Shown: piece by piece, positions 13,724 to 27,329 of the stretch
Numbering within the stretch: position 1 is the first letter of the stretch
Layout of the letters: every line of letters starts with the position of its first letter
NCBI RefSeq assembly: GCF_018350175.1
Contig: NC_058368.1
Coordinates: 44,456,001 to 44,520,000, forward strand
Direction of reading: 5' to 3'
DNA from: Felis catus
Lineage: Eukaryota
DNA: 64,000 nucleotides
The notes under the pieces: model-generated
Told to the model about the DNA's origin: nothing
The model's database searches: none
What the model saw: only the letters and a program-made list of their open reading frames with translations
Position numbers and translations under genes: made by a program

Positions 13724-15904
13724 TCTCTTACTGTGGGATTGTGGGTGATCATTTCCCATGCTCAGCTGCTCAGTCTCAGGCCACAGTGTTTGGCAGAAAT
13801 CAGTGACTTTTCAGAATGTTGGAAGGTGCCTATAACTGGCACTGGTGTGTTTTTTGTCACTTCAAAGCACCTATGGACAGTCCTTTGTGTTTTCATACAA
13901 GAGTAACCTTAGGAATGCTTTGCTTCATTCTAGGTCAGGCTGCCTGCAAATATAGACCCTTTCCTCTGCACCTTTATTGCCAGTTACATTCAATAATGTA
14001 TATAACAAAAGCTTATTAATACTGTACTGTACTCAACATCCACGCTAGTATATATGATGGCCCCCAGGCAGAAAAAGATCCTATTGAGCCAATAGATAGC
14101 AGTGATTCCATGAGTGATAGTGAAAGTCATCCTACACAATAACCCTCCTCTCTTTTCTCCCTCATACCAGCCACGAAGGTTTTCAAAGGTAAGTGCAGGT
14201 TAATTTTATTTTTCTTTACATTTTGTATTTTATTATTTTGTACTATATTACAGTATTGTAATCACTATTATATGAATATTTTTGGATTTTGGAATGAATC
14301 ATCCATGTTTCTGTTATTTTGTATGGGGAAACTTGCTTTGATATATAAGGACTTTAGATTACAAGCATATTTCCGGAACGAATTGTGCTCTCATAACAAA
14401 GTTTTATGTATTTTTATTTTTAACTTTTTGAGGAACATCTGTATTATTTTCCACAGTGGCTATGCCAACTTACATTCCCACCAACAGTGCAAAAGGATTT
14501 TTTTTCTCCACATCCTTGCCAACACTTGCTTATTGGTCTTCTTGATTTTAGCCATTCTAACAGGCATGAGGTGATAACTCATTGGGGTTTTGATTTACAT
14601 GAGTGATGATGAGTGATGTTGAGTATCTTTTCATGTATACGATAGCCATCTCTATGTCTCCTTTGGAAAAATATCTATTTAGGTTATCTTGCCATTTTCT
14701 TATACAGATTATTTTTTTGGTGTTGAGTTGTATGAATTCTTTATATATTTTGAATATTAACCACCTATTGAATATAACATTTGAAAATATCTTCCCCCAC
14801 TCAGTAGGCTGTCTTTTTGTTTTGTTGATTGTTTCCTTCACTGTGCAGAAGTGTTTGATTTTTAGATAGTCCCAACAGTTAATTTTTGCTTTTGTTTCTT
14901 TTGCCTTAGGATACTTATCTAGAAAAATGTTGCTATGGCCTATGTCAAAGAAATTATACTGCCTGTGCTCTCTTCTAGGGTCTTTATGGTTTCAGGTCTC
15001 ACATTTAAGTCTTTAATCCATTTTGAGTTTATTTTTATGTATGGTTTTAGAAAGTAGTTCATTTTCGTTCTTTTGCATGTAGCTGTCCTGTTTTTCCAGC
15101 ACCATTTATTGAAAAGACTGCCTTTTTCCATTGTATATTCTTGCCTCCTCTATCATAGAGTAATTGACCATATAAATGTGGGTTTATTTCTGAGGTCTCT
15201 ATCCTGTTCCATTGATCTATGTGTATATTTTGTGCCAGTACCATACTATTTGATTACGATAACTTTGTAGTCTATCTGAAATCTAGAACTGATACCTCCA
15301 GCTTTGTTCTTCTTTCTCAGTATTGCTTTGGATATTCAGAGTCTTCTGCAGTTCCATACTAATTTTAGTAATTATTTGTTCTGGTTTTGTGAAAATGTTG
15401 TTGGTATTTTGTTAGAGATCGCACTGAAACTGTAGATTGTTTTGGGTAGTATAGACACTTTGACATATTAATTCTTCTACTCCATGAGCATGGAATATTT
15501 TTTATTTGTTGTATTATCTTCAATTTCTTTCATCCATGTTATAGTTTTCAGAGTACAGGTCTTGTGCCTCTTTGATTAAGTTTATTCCTAGGTATTTTCC
15601 TATTTTTGGTGCAATTGTAAATGGTGTCTTTTATTAATTTCTTTTTGCAACTTTGTTGTTAGTGTATAGAAACACTACCAATTTCTGGGCATTAAGTTTT
15701 ATATCCTGCCATTTCACTGAATTTGTTCATTATTTCTAGTAGTCTTATGGTGGAATCCTTAGTGTTTTCTATGTATACTATCATGTCGTCTGCAAATAGT
15801 GACAGTTTAATTTTTTCTTTACCAATATGGATGCCTCTTATTCCTTCTACTTGTCTGATTGTTGTGACTGGACTTTTGGTACTATGTTAAATAAAAGAGA
15901 TCGG
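12854..15904 (-). mobile_element. 5'-truncated carnivore L1 (L1_Carn-like) containing a nested DNA transposon
   Basis: Poly-T tail and carnivore-type 3' UTR. Degenerate ORF2 peptides KETINKTKRQPTEWGKIF and SLFNKWCW...[21 protein letters not shown] agcagggcacttatt (12839) / agcaaggcacctatt (15905). Confidence 0.95.
13538..14408 (+). mobile_element. Non-autonomous TcMar-Tigger-like DNA transposon (internal deletion derivative)
   Basis: Left TIR-like gtaaaaccttggatt and degenerate right TIR aacaaagttttatg followed by TA. Splits a contiguous L1 motif. Contains (CT)n at 13685-13720 and has a second copy at 3564-3895. Confidence 0.88.
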
Positions 15905-16161
15905 AGCAAGGCACCTATTCTTAACCACTCTCCCTCACTGAGGTTGCAGCTTGCCTTGTTCTATCCTTGCAATGGCCAAATTCAAGGATGGAGAAAACTC
16001 CTAGAAGTCATAAATACATTTTTAGTCCAGCTCATAGGAGTGAAGGGCACTTAGGAAAATCAGGCTCCAGAACAGTAATAGACATGTCATAATTGTTCAA
16101 GATAGATATTCAAATAATGAAAATGAGTTCCATAGAATCTTTCCTAAATATTTCTATATAA

Positions 16162-16162
<1 letters not shown>

Positions 16163-16204
<42 letters not shown>
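16163..16204. repeat. (CA)n microsatellite
   Basis: About 21 perfect CA units. Confidence 0.98.
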
Positions 16205-16208
<4 letters not shown>

Positions 16209-16259
16209 CTCCCTCTTCCTCCCCAACAGGATTATTACACACACATGGTAAAGCATTTT

Positions 16260-16277
16260 AAAGTTTATTTTGTTTAT

Positions 16278-16329
<52 letters not shown>

Positions 16330-16491
16330 TTCAAGCAGGAGAGAGGCAGAGAGAAGGAGAGAGAGAATCCCAAGCAGGTTCCATGTTCTCAGCACAGAGC
16401 CCAAAGCAGGGCTCGATCCCACAAACCATGAGATCATGACATGAGCTTAAATCAAGAGTCAGATGCTAAACTGAGCCACCCAGGTGTCCCC
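16260..16491 (-). mobile_element. CAN-SINE with long (GA)n
   Basis: TSD aagcatttt at 16251 and 16492. Confidence 0.95.
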
Positions 16492-16519
16492 AAGCATTTT
16501 TAATTTAAAACAAAAAATT

Positions 16520-17600
16520 CCTTCACTCAATATCACTCTCCATTAACTTTTTCTTCCAATGCTAAGCTTGTCAAAATAATTCTGTACACTTCTTGCTTCA
16601 ATTTCTTAAACTCATTCACTTTTCAACCAAGTACAATAATTATACTATTTCATTGAAAGTATACTAACAAAAGCATTGAAAAAAATAAAGTTTCCAAATT
16701 CTCACTTATTTGACCATAATGTTCTTCTTGAACCTCTATCTTTATTCTGTAGATAATCTCCTGCTTCTCTGGCCTTGCTTTTCAGTCTTGCTCTGGAAAA
16801 TGACCTTTCTGCACTTATCTTTGCTATATTTCTTTGCACCTAACTGTTCTCCTGGACCTTGGTCTGAACTTGCCCAAACTATGTCATTTACTCCAGTTCA
16901 CCCATATCACATTTTAATAGCTACATCTTTATCTCCAGAGCCCACTTTTTTATTCAGTTGCAGCCTCACAGAGCCAAAAAAGTAAAACACATGAGTTTCT
17001 AGATGGCCCATAAGCACCTCAAACTCAACATCTAGAACTGAATTCATGGGCTTTATTTTTCATTGAAATCTGTGGTTTTCCAAGAGTTACTCTGATGAAG
17101 ATTTATTTTAAGTGGTTGTTTAATATCTGTATTCTCTATTAGACCTTAAGCTCCATATGTATTCTTTATTTATGGATTTATTTCCCACTATATCTCCAAT
17201 TACAGGGATATAGTAAGTCTTCAAAAACACTGGCTACTGGAATGTTACCTAAGTTAAAAACCTGGTTTTGTCATGCTTCATGTTAAAATGTTTATGATTT
17301 TCCATTTAAGAGAAAAATCAATATATTCCAATAAAGCATGATTTGATCCCTTTCCCTTCCCAGTTTCCTTCCCCCCCTTTATTTCAAACCTTTCCTTTAT
17401 ACTTGAGCCATATACTCCAGTTCTTTAAACATAGGAGGTTACTTATGCTAACTCTCAATATGAACTTACTTAAAACTCCTTTTACCTTCCTAGTATCCAG
17501 TTCCTTATTTTTCTGGACTCATTTAAAAATGACCTTTTCCAAAAATCCTAACAGACCCACACCAAGTAAAACTACTGAGTCCCACTGAAGTTGCGACCCT
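16520..17600 (+). mobile_element. Ancient L2 fragments
   Basis: Motifs ttctagatggcccataagcacctcaaactcaacatcta and tagaccttaagctcc. Confidence 0.6.
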
Positions 17601-17698
17601 ACTGTCCTTTGAAGAGCACCAACCCTCTTCAATATGCACATATATATATAAATACACCAAATAGACCTAAATATACATGTATGTATAGGAACATTTTC

Positions 17699-17700
<2 letters not shown>

Positions 17701-17740
<40 letters not shown>
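17701..17740. repeat. (AT)20 microsatellite
   Basis: Perfect dinucleotide run. Confidence 0.98.
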
Positions 17741-17742
<2 letters not shown>

Positions 17743-18326
17743 TTTCAATCTATATCTATACCTATGCCTATACCATACATATATCTATGCAGAGTACATA
17801 ACTTGTACAAGTTTTTAAGGGAAAAGTAGGGTCTGTGACTTTTTTTCATGAAAGACACTTCAATGTGTCAGTGTCAAAAAACTCACTTGAATGTACTCAA
17901 AAAACACAAAATATATATTTAAAAATTAATAATTTTTATTTAATAAAAGTCAAATAAAATTTAATAATTTAATTAAAGAGTGAAAAATATGCTTTTTTGT
18001 CAATGACTGGATTTAAAAATAACAAGGTCATATATAACTTTTGAATCAAGGCATTGTTAAACTATATTAATAATTAGATGTTTCCAAGAGTTTAAATTAC
18101 ATCGAGTGGGATTACCAATACAAATTTTGTAAATAAATTTATATTCTGTTGATTAACTTACACACTTTTTTAGAAATGGGGCTTAGAGACAGAAAAAGCA
18201 GTATCTGCTATTAGGTTGCAGCTTTTTTCTTTTTTTTCAATTTTTCATAACTGATATTCTACTTAAGGAAATCTGTCTTTTGGTAAGAAGGAGCTGATTT
18301 TCTTTGCTTAAATTAGTCTACTATCT

Positions 18327-18545
18327 GGGGTGCCCGGGTGGCTCAGTCGGTTAAGCCTCTGACTTCAGCTCAGGTCATAATCTTGCGGTTTCGTGAGTTT
18401 GAGCCCCACGTCGGGCTCTGTGCTGACAGCTCAGAGCCTGGAGCCTGCTTCGGATTCTGTGTCTCCCTCTCTCTCTGCCCCTCCCCCGCTTGTGCTCTCT
18501 CTCTTTCTCTCAAAAATGAATACATGTAAAAAAAAAAAGGAAAAA
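18327..18545 (+). mobile_element. CAN-SINE
   Basis: TSD aaattagtctacta at 18310-18323 and 18546-18559. Confidence 0.96.
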
Positions 18546-19257
18546 AAATTAGTCTACTACCATTCAGCAGGATGTCACAAAGCAAACATGGGAATTTACA
18601 GGTTATGCTTCGTCTCTAAAAATATAAACAATGAAAATGTTGGTAACATAAAAAGAATAAGAAACATGAGATGGAAAAGTAATGACGATGTATGTATAAA
18701 GCACCATTATTATATAGTTAGGTCTACATTATCAAAACAGCACAATTCTAAAGTGAATGAAATTTTACAGAGGAAATGAAAACAAATGAACTAAGGAATT
18801 TAGGCCAATTTATTGTTCATTTCAGATAAAAAAATGACATACCTACATTCTTTACATCAATGTTTAGGACCAATGTAAAAGTAGAGATATTACAGAATTA
18901 TATTGAATCTTCGTTACTTTGGTGCCTACTATTTTTTTTGCCTCCTTAATATTTCTCACACTGCTTCATGTGTTCATTCTGTCAAGTTATATTAGTTAAA
19001 ATCCTATCTATTTATCCAAGCCCTACCTCAAATGCCTCTTTCCTTGTATTAGCCTATAAGCATTATTGCAGTGTTAATTTCATTCCAATTTAGTATCTGA
19101 GAATATCTGCTCAGCACTAATTATGTGCCATATACTCTCTCAGTGCTTTTTCAGTGCTCTCGGTTAACATTCTGCTTCATGTTTTTCCCAATATCCTCAA
19201 TTAATTGTTCATAACTTAAAGATAGGATCACATCTGATTCACTTAAGAATATTCTAC

Positions 19258-19630
19258 ATGGTGTATTATGCTAAGCGAAGTAAGTCAGAGAAAGACAAAT
19301 ACCATATAATTTCACTCATATGTGTAATTTAAGAAATAAATAGATGAACATATGGGAAGGGGGAACAAATTTAAAAAAGAGCTAGGGAAACAAACCTTAA
19401 GAGAATTATAATGATAGAGAACAAACTGAGTGTTGATGGAGGGATATGGGTGGGGGATGGGCTAGATGGGTGATGGTTACTAAGGAGGGCACTTGTGATG
19501 AGCACTGGGTGTTACCTGTAAGGGATGATCACTGAATTCTACACCTGAAACCAATATTGCACTGTAAGTTAAGTAACTATAATTTAAATAAAAATTAGAA
19601 ACAAAATAAACAAATAAACAAAAAATAAAA
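19258..19630 (+). mobile_element. 5'-truncated carnivore L1 3' end
   Basis: tattatgctaagcgaagtaagtcagagaaagacaaatacc, G-rich 3' UTR, tgatgagcactgggtgtt, A tail, and flanking aagaatat duplication. Confidence 0.92.
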
Positions 19631-19643
19631 GAATATGTACTTT

Positions 19644-19874
19644 CTTCAATGTTTTTTGTTTTTGAGAGAGAAAGAGGAGAGACGGAGCGTGAACGGAGGG
19701 TGGGAGGGGTTCAGGGAGGAGGCGCAGAGAGAAAGGGAGACACAGAATCTGAAGCAGACTCCAGGCTCTGAGCTGTCAGCACAGAGCCTGACGTGGCGCT
19801 CAAACTCACGAACTCATGAGATCGTGACCTGAGCCAGAGTCGGAAATTTAACCGACTGAGCCACCCAGGCGCCC
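19644..19874 (-). mobile_element. CAN-SINE
   Basis: Full body. TSD tatgtacttt / tatatacttt. Abuts the tail of the L1. Confidence 0.94.
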
Positions 19875-20932
19875 TTCTATATACTTTAGATCTAAGTTCA
19901 ATACATATATATATTTCTTATGTAAATTTGAGTTCCTGACAGAAGTAGGTTTTCTCACATCATAAAGGAAAAACAAACTGCCTCCATTCTCCTTTTCCCT
20001 CATCTCCTGTAGCTGTCATTCTCCAGTGTAGGTCTGCTCAAAATTACTACTTCTATTTCTCCTCTACCTCCCTCAGAGAAATACAAGAATGTGTAAATCA
20101 TGGCTAAGGATTTTTACAGGAGTCTTACAAACATAAGCAAGTACTTTGTAACCCTACATCACATAGAGAAATGGAGTCATGGACTGCTTAAACAAATCGT
20201 AGAAGGATTTTCTTTTTTAAGCTCACTTAAAATTAGGAATCAGAAAAAAACATGTCCTTAAATCATAAAAGCTCTTAGCAGAATTTTCACTAGGAAGAAA
20301 TAAACAATTTGATCACATAAATTGAAGTTAGTTATAATATACTGAAAGGTAATCTGTTCTCCATGTCAAACACCTTCAATCTGTTGAAGAGTCTGTTGCT
20401 AACCACTTATATGGCCTTAGTCATGAACCTTAGTCTTTTTTCCACATCAGCATCTTTATCTGAAGTAAAAATGGCAGATTCAATGATCTCTAAATTCTCT
20501 TAAAGCTATGGTAGATGCTATAAAAGGTCACTTTCTTATTACTACTGAGTTATAAACCATTCCTCTATTGTTAAAATTATATCTCTATGTTTTCAACCTT
20601 TCATGTCTATGTTGTTTTATAAATAGGTTAAATTCATATAATCTTTTCTATTCCACATATGTTACAGCATATTTATTTTAAAGAAATGCATCAGTTTCAT
20701 TGAGCTAGTGAATATTATTCTCATGGGGTATAAAGGAAAGAAAAAGATGCACAACTTTTCCTATTCTCTGCTGAAGCTCATCAAGGCTGAATGGAGAGAA
20801 TAGCTGGACATTTACATAATTAATTTCCTTTATTATTTAAATTGTTCTAATCAATTACTTTAGAATAACAGTCCTTTTGTGCATCTCACTTTTAGGCTAC
20901 AGATTCATTAACATTAAATACGAAAACTTGTT

Positions 20933-21149
20933 ATTTTTTTTTTACTTTTTTTTTTTTTTTTTTTTTTGAGACAGAGAGAGACAGAGCATGAACGGGGGAG
21001 GGGCAGAGAGAGAGACACAGAATCCGAAGCAGGCTCCAGGCTCTGAGCCATCAGCCCAGAGCCCAACGCGGAGCTCGAACTCACAGACCCTGAGATCGTG
21101 ACCTGAGTTGAAGTCGGACACTTAACTGACTGAGCCACCTAGGCGCCCC
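20933..21149 (-). mobile_element. CAN-SINE
   Basis: TSD gaaaacttgtt at 20922-20932 and 21150-21160. Confidence 0.96.
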
Positions 21150-21339
21150 GAAAACTTGTTTTTTTAAAAACAAAGTGCAGAATCAATTGGTGCAGTTGCC
21201 CCTTATGGAATCTTAGTGGACCTAAACAAGGTAGCAAAATGAACCTTGTCTCTCTGCCTTTTGCATCATAAGAATTTGTGGGATGGAAACGATTTAGAAA
21301 ATATATGGAGAAATGTTTGCAACAGTTTATCTTAAAATC

Positions 21340-21526
21340 TTTTTTTATTTTTTTATTTTTTTGAGAGACAGAGGGAGAGAGAAAGAGAGAGACACAGAAT
21401 GCAGAGCAGGTTCCAGGTTCTGAGCTGTGAGCACAGAGACCTACGCAGGGCTCCAACTCACAGACTGTAAGATCGTGACCTGAGCTGAAGTCAGACGCTT
21501 AACCCACTGAGCCACCCAGGCACCCC
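21340..21526 (-). mobile_element. CAN-SINE lacking the gcccctcccc segment
   Basis: Head, core and tail are recognisable. Confidence 0.92.
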
Positions 21527-24206
21527 TTTCTCAAAAGCTTCATGTCTCTTCTCTCTTTTGATTGAGACTTTGAAACACCTATTCTATAAGATCGGATCTA
21601 TGGCTTATAAAATGAGGATATATACTAATATTGATAATTTGACTTGCTAGAAATAGTTTAAAGATCTCTTAACTCATATTTTTAGAGAAAGCTGAATAGA
21701 TGATGAAAGTCTCCTATAGCGAAGCTCTCCACCAAAATTTAGGAAAAAAAACTTCTTTAGAAAGTAAATAAGATATGAAAACTGTTCTTCAGTGTATGTA
21801 AAGAAAAGAAAAATACACACACATTCACACACATAAGCACAGTTAAGGACCCACAGGCGATCCAGAATGATAAAGTTACCAATCAACTCCCTTATTGCCT
21901 ATGATATTAATTTATTGCTTACACTAATGAATAAAATAAAGCCTTTTTTCTTCTTCTTTGATTCAGCAACTGAGCCACTTGGTTTATAGCATGTCTGTAC
22001 ATCCGGTCCTCTAGTTTTATTGCATCTTAAACTGTACCAGTCCTCTTTTCTGGGACATCTAAAAATCATGTGTGTACTCAAATATACAATGATGAAGTAT
22101 TTTGGGAGATATTAGCTAATTATATCTAGCAGTCAATCAGAAAAAAAATCCTACTCCACCCAGTGTAGTCTGAAAAAGTTCCCCTAAGATTTCTGAGAGT
22201 CTGAAATCCATTTGATCAGTGAAATTCATAGCACAGAACTGTCACAGATGTGTACCCAAAATCCTGGAGCTCTGCCTTTTCATAATAACCAAGAGACTTT
22301 GAGAAAGTAATAGATATGTTTTGTTTTTAGATTTTATAGGTAGATAAATAGACATTCAAATTTAGAATATTCATCTTATTATTATCTTCATAATAAGCAT
22401 TTAAAATATTTCTGCTGTTGTTACTAACAGTATTTTGTTTTCATTTAGAATTCAAAATACACATTGATATAATAATTGCAACTAATTTCATTCATCACCA
22501 ACCATATATTATTAAATTTTTACATATATCAATTTGTTTAAAACTCAGTAAACCTGAGGATGTGCTATTATTATTACCATTTACTGATGAGCAAAATTAA
22601 TATTAAAATATTAATCAAATGTTCCATTCAATATTTGGCCCTAGAGGTTTCTTAGTGCTTTCATTCTCAAATTTTAAATTTTGTTACCATAAATCAGTCC
22701 AAAATCATTTATTGGGAAGAAAATAACCAGAGTAAAAATGCATGCATATCAGCACTTTTGCTGCCCAAAGAATGAATTATTAAAGATGTGCAGAGAACCA
22801 CAAAACCCTTTAAAAAAATGTAATATGTGAAGTTATTCACATTCTACTTTCTATGTTATAGTGTGACAACTGCAGAAAAACAGTGAAAAAATTCACTAAC
22901 ATGATAATCAGACACAGTAAGAATAGCAGTTGAAAAGGTTAGGTCACCATAAAATGTCCAAATCACATCATAACCTCACATTTTCACTTCCAAATTATCT
23001 TTTCCCAGCAGGGTAGAAATAAGAGATTCAAACTGCATAACCTTTCATCCAACATTATTGCTGTGCTAGAGAGAAGGCTTAAGTAACTTAATTTTTCTCA
23101 CAAAACCTGATGTTGATATTTGGCAGCTTCTAATCTGGCTGGGTGCCCTGACATGAATTGCAGATTCTCTGTGCTCCTTTTGAGAAGAGTTTGAGGAGGA
23201 TAAAAGCAGATGCAGACAAACGCAGATGGAGCCCAGAAGCCAAATAGCATGAGTCTCCTCATGTAGGAGTAGATTTGGCAGCCTCACACTGTTTTAAGGA
23301 GGAAAGGTAATTTTCTATAAAGTAATTAGATAGTCGCTTAACTCAAACAAACCATTGTGGTGATTGTATTTTGTTTTCGTAACTTCAGGAAAAGTACTTT
23401 GGATGCAAGTTAAAATTAAACAGTTGTTTTTGGTTGTTACTGGCTTTGATTATCATTTTTTTTAAAGGCAATAATGAAATTGTAGGGTTGAAAGTGATAT
23501 TTAAATTGGAACATATCCTAACTGATCTCCACAATCAAAGTCAATATTGACCTTTACAAACAGATACAACAAAATGAAAGGCTGCCATTGCCTGGTGCGG
23601 CAATTTTAAGTCTTATTTTCAAGTTTCTTGATTTTCTCATTATTACTCTAAACTTCTTAGGGTTGCATTATTTCTCTTTAATCTTCTATTACAGAGCTGG
23701 AGGCACTCATACCTGTTCCTTCATGCCCTTCCATCAAGTTTTCCACAATGGTGGTTCTCTATTTTCTTGTTACTTGTTGGGGATAAGAAGGGGCATTTTC
23801 TTTTCATTTCCATTGGAAGGTTCTCAATTAGTATACTTTCTGACCCCTCAGCACCACTGTACTCATTCTGCCTTGGGTAGAGGGGTGATTAACTCAACTT
23901 TGTATAACTTTTCTTATGTGCAGGAAATACCTACTATTAATTGATCCTAAAAAGTTTATGCTTTACAAGGTCCTATCAGTCCCTGGCATATTTGCAGTTT
24001 TGCGCAGTTAATTTCAGAGACCTTAAACTTTGATATACCCTTTAGACAGTCTAAAACATAAAACAAAAAAAAAAATTTAACAAAGTGATTAAGGCTACCC
24101 ATGTGTACAGGATATATGACATTAGGCCTTGGATTTTAGTTTGTAGACAAGGTATTTTAAACCTGGAAAAGACTTATGTTTATCCAGGTGATATTTTTAC
24201 AGTTGA

Positions 24207-24330
24207 GCTTATTTATTTATTCATTCATTCATTCATTCATTCAATCATTCATATTTCTGAGGCCTGTGCAAGATGTTCAAGCCAGGTCTCTGGTGACTAC
24301 AGGGACTTGAGCAAAGACAGCACCTTAAGA
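24207..24330 (-). mobile_element. L2 3' end with (TTCA)n tail
   Basis: ttcattcattcattcaatcattcatatttctgaggcct, the typical antisense L2 terminus. Confidence 0.55.
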
Positions 24331-25307
24331 AAAAATGTCTAGACTTCAGAATAAGTGCTGGACATCTACAGGCTTGGCAAAGTTGCTTGGACCTCAGAGA
24401 AAGCTTACAAGGGACCACTTTGGGCGCTGTGGTATTCTGCAAGACAGACCTCACAGGGCTTGACAGATAGCAGAACCCCATGATTGAGGTCTGATAAGTA
24501 AAGAATGGTTGTTGGAGTTTAGCAAGCAAAAGGCATGGAGACTTTGTGGCTACCCTCTGCAAAGGCCAGATTGCTTGTGATCCTGCAAGCAAAGAACCAT
24601 ACCTGTAGTTCGTTCAGGTGGCTTCAGCATGCATGCTTTCATCACTTACTTCACAAGTTCTGCATTTCCTAAATAGGCATAGATGAAGCAAGAGAATCTT
24701 ACATCTGTAAAGATCTTTTAAAATCTTATTTACAGAATATTTGCTACTTTATATCACGTGCCCTCTAAATTTTACGTGTGTTTCACAGCACTAGCAAAGT
24801 TCTGGCTTTAAAATATAAATGCAAAGCCTGTATGGGTAGGGCTAGATTAGCAGCCCCAAATTTTTTCTTATAGTCCCAATGAAGAAAAATATCATGAACG
24901 AGGCCTACCCTGAGTCTCCTAGCCAGTGCAAGGAACCACAACAACTCTAGTTGGTTCTAAATTGGTTAACTTCACATAAGGAAGAAACCTCCTGAGGAGG
25001 CAGATTTCTTAAGTGTAAACAGTTCCATAAGGGCAACAGAAGAAGGTATCCAGAAGAAGAGTTTTCCAGAAGAAACAGCCATTGTGATACATGACTGAAA
25101 ACACCCACTTACAAGGCAGTGTAAATACTGGGTTCCTAGCTAGAGACCAAATGAATATAGAACTGGGTGTCAGAAACCAGAGACTCAAAGGGGTAATAGA
25201 ACTTAGACGATTGTGCAAAATGGTAATGTAGGAAGACCAACACCAGTCAGTTGATGGTTGATATCTTCCAATTTTTTTTTTCAAAACTTAAGAAGAAAAG
25301 GACACTT

Positions 25308-25656
25308 CTATTAGTCTGCTAGGGATGCCATTACCAAATACCACTGACTGGGCAGCTTCTCACAGTCTTGGAGGCTACAAGTTTGAAATTAAGGTGTCAG
25401 GGTTCATTTCTTCTGAGGCTTGGAGAAGGTAGTCTTTTCTCTTTGTCTGCAGATGGTCTTCCTTCTGTGCTGTCTTATATCCAAATTTCCTTTTCTTATA
25501 AGGACACAGTCATACTGGATTAGGACCCACACAATGACCTCATTTTAACTTAATTGCCTCTTTACAGGCTTATCTCCAAATATATTCACATTCTGCAGTA
25601 CTGATGGTTAGGACTTCAACATAGGAATTTGGAGGGGACACAATTCAGACCTAACA
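25308..25656 (-). mobile_element. MaLR solo LTR (MLT1A-like)
   Basis: tattagtctgctagggatgcc, tcttataaggacacagtcatactggattagg and ggggacacaattcag. Confidence 0.9.
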
Positions 25657-26489
25657 AAGCTAACTGTGAATGGTTCCTCAAAACTCCAATGATGCCATGT
25701 TTATCATACTTCATTCCTGCTTGTCCATTGTTTTACTTGTGCCAGTTTCCCAATCTTGGGAGCTCAAATCACTTGTGGAACACAGAATTTAAGATTGCAG
25801 AACAATTTAAATTTTAGGACTTCACCCTTATCTTGTCAAGTGCTTCTGGGCTTGTGTTCCTGAACACTCTTAAGGCTGTCATCTTCAGAAGGCCTGTGTT
25901 TACTTTAGATAAGAGTAATTTAGGCTGATTTTTAGAGTGGAGACAACTCACTGTCAAGAGATGATTTACAAAGCCATAGAACTGGAAAGTGATAGAGTCA
26001 GGGCCAGACTGCACTAGTGTAAATATTCTTATGCAGTCAACATGTGCTAAGTCTTCAACTGAAAAAGCACAGAAAATAAGTCATATTAATTATAAAATGA
26101 TGCTGGATGATTCCTCAGCAGCTGTGGGAAGTTTCCTGAGGACACGATTTTGAATCTTTACTATATCCCATTTTACCCATTAGTCTGCATTATATGGCCA
26201 TTGTGACACTACTATTTAAAACATGACACTAATCAACAGGTTAAAATTAATAAAACGTCTGAAACCAGATAATTCATCTAAAAATTAATAAACAGATGTT
26301 TATAAAAAGTTTGAAAGCTTGGAAATGTTCTAAAATGTTATTAAATGTGATATTTGTTTTCCATTAATTGAGTCTATATCTTCTTTTACTAACTAATAAA
26401 CAGCTAAGGGGTCATTTTTTTTTCCACTCTTTCTCCTATTTGTTTAAATCATACCAAAGCAAGACAACCTTGAAATTTGATTTATGCGA

Positions 26490-27295
26490 AGATATATCCA
26501 TTCATCTATGAATGTGACTCTTGGCCTGTTTCTACAGTTTGGCTATTGTAAATAATATTGCAATAAACATAGGGGTACATGTATCCCTTTGAATTAGTGT
26601 TTTTGTACTTTGAAGGTAAATACTGAGTGGTGCAGTATCTGGACCATAGCGTAGTTCTATTTTTTATTTTTTTTTGAGGAGCCTCCATACTGTTTTCTAC
26701 AATGGCTACACCAGCTTGCATTCCTACCAACAGTGCATATGGGTTCCCTTTTCTCCATATCCTCGCCAACACTGATTGTTTCGTGTGTTTTTTATTTTAG
26801 CCATTCTGACAGGTGTGAGGTGATATCTCATTGTGTTTTGATTTGCACTTGTCTGATTATGAGTGCTGCTGAATATCTTTTCATGTGTCCGCTGTCCATC
26901 TGTCTGCCTTCTTTGGAGAAATGTCTGTTCATGACTTCTGCTCATTTTTTACTTATTGATGCATATAAGAGAGAGACAGCACAAGTTGGGGAGAGGCAGA
27001 GAGAGGGAGAGACAGAGAATACCAAGCAAGCTCCGCACTTTTAGGGCAGAGCCCAACACATGGCTCAAACTCACGAAACCATGAGATCATGACCTGAGCC
27101 AAAACCAAGAGTCAAGTGTCAGACGCTTAGCTAACTGAGCCACCCAGGCACTCCTGCCCATTTTTTAATTGGATTATTTGTTTTGGGGGTATTGAGTTAT
27201 ATCAGTTCTTGATATATTTTGGATATTAACCCTTTATCAGGGGTCATTTGTAAATATCTTCTGCCATTCAACAGGTTGCCCTTTAGTTTAGTTTT
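26490..27295 (-). mobile_element. Carnivore L1 fragment (ORF2 C-terminus) with a nested SINE
   Basis: Peptide [25 protein letters not shown] in the ORF track. Confidence 0.93.
26952..27153 (-). mobile_element. CAN-SINE nested in L1
   Basis: TSD ctgctcatttttta / ctgcccatttttta. Confidence 0.92.
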
Positions 27296-27329
27296 CAATT
27301 TATATACACACCTATACAAACTCCTGACA

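Noticed and set aside
14557..15244. ORFs with reverse-transcriptase-element peptides
   Set aside because: Frameshifted L1 ORF2 remnants, not an active element or a host gene.
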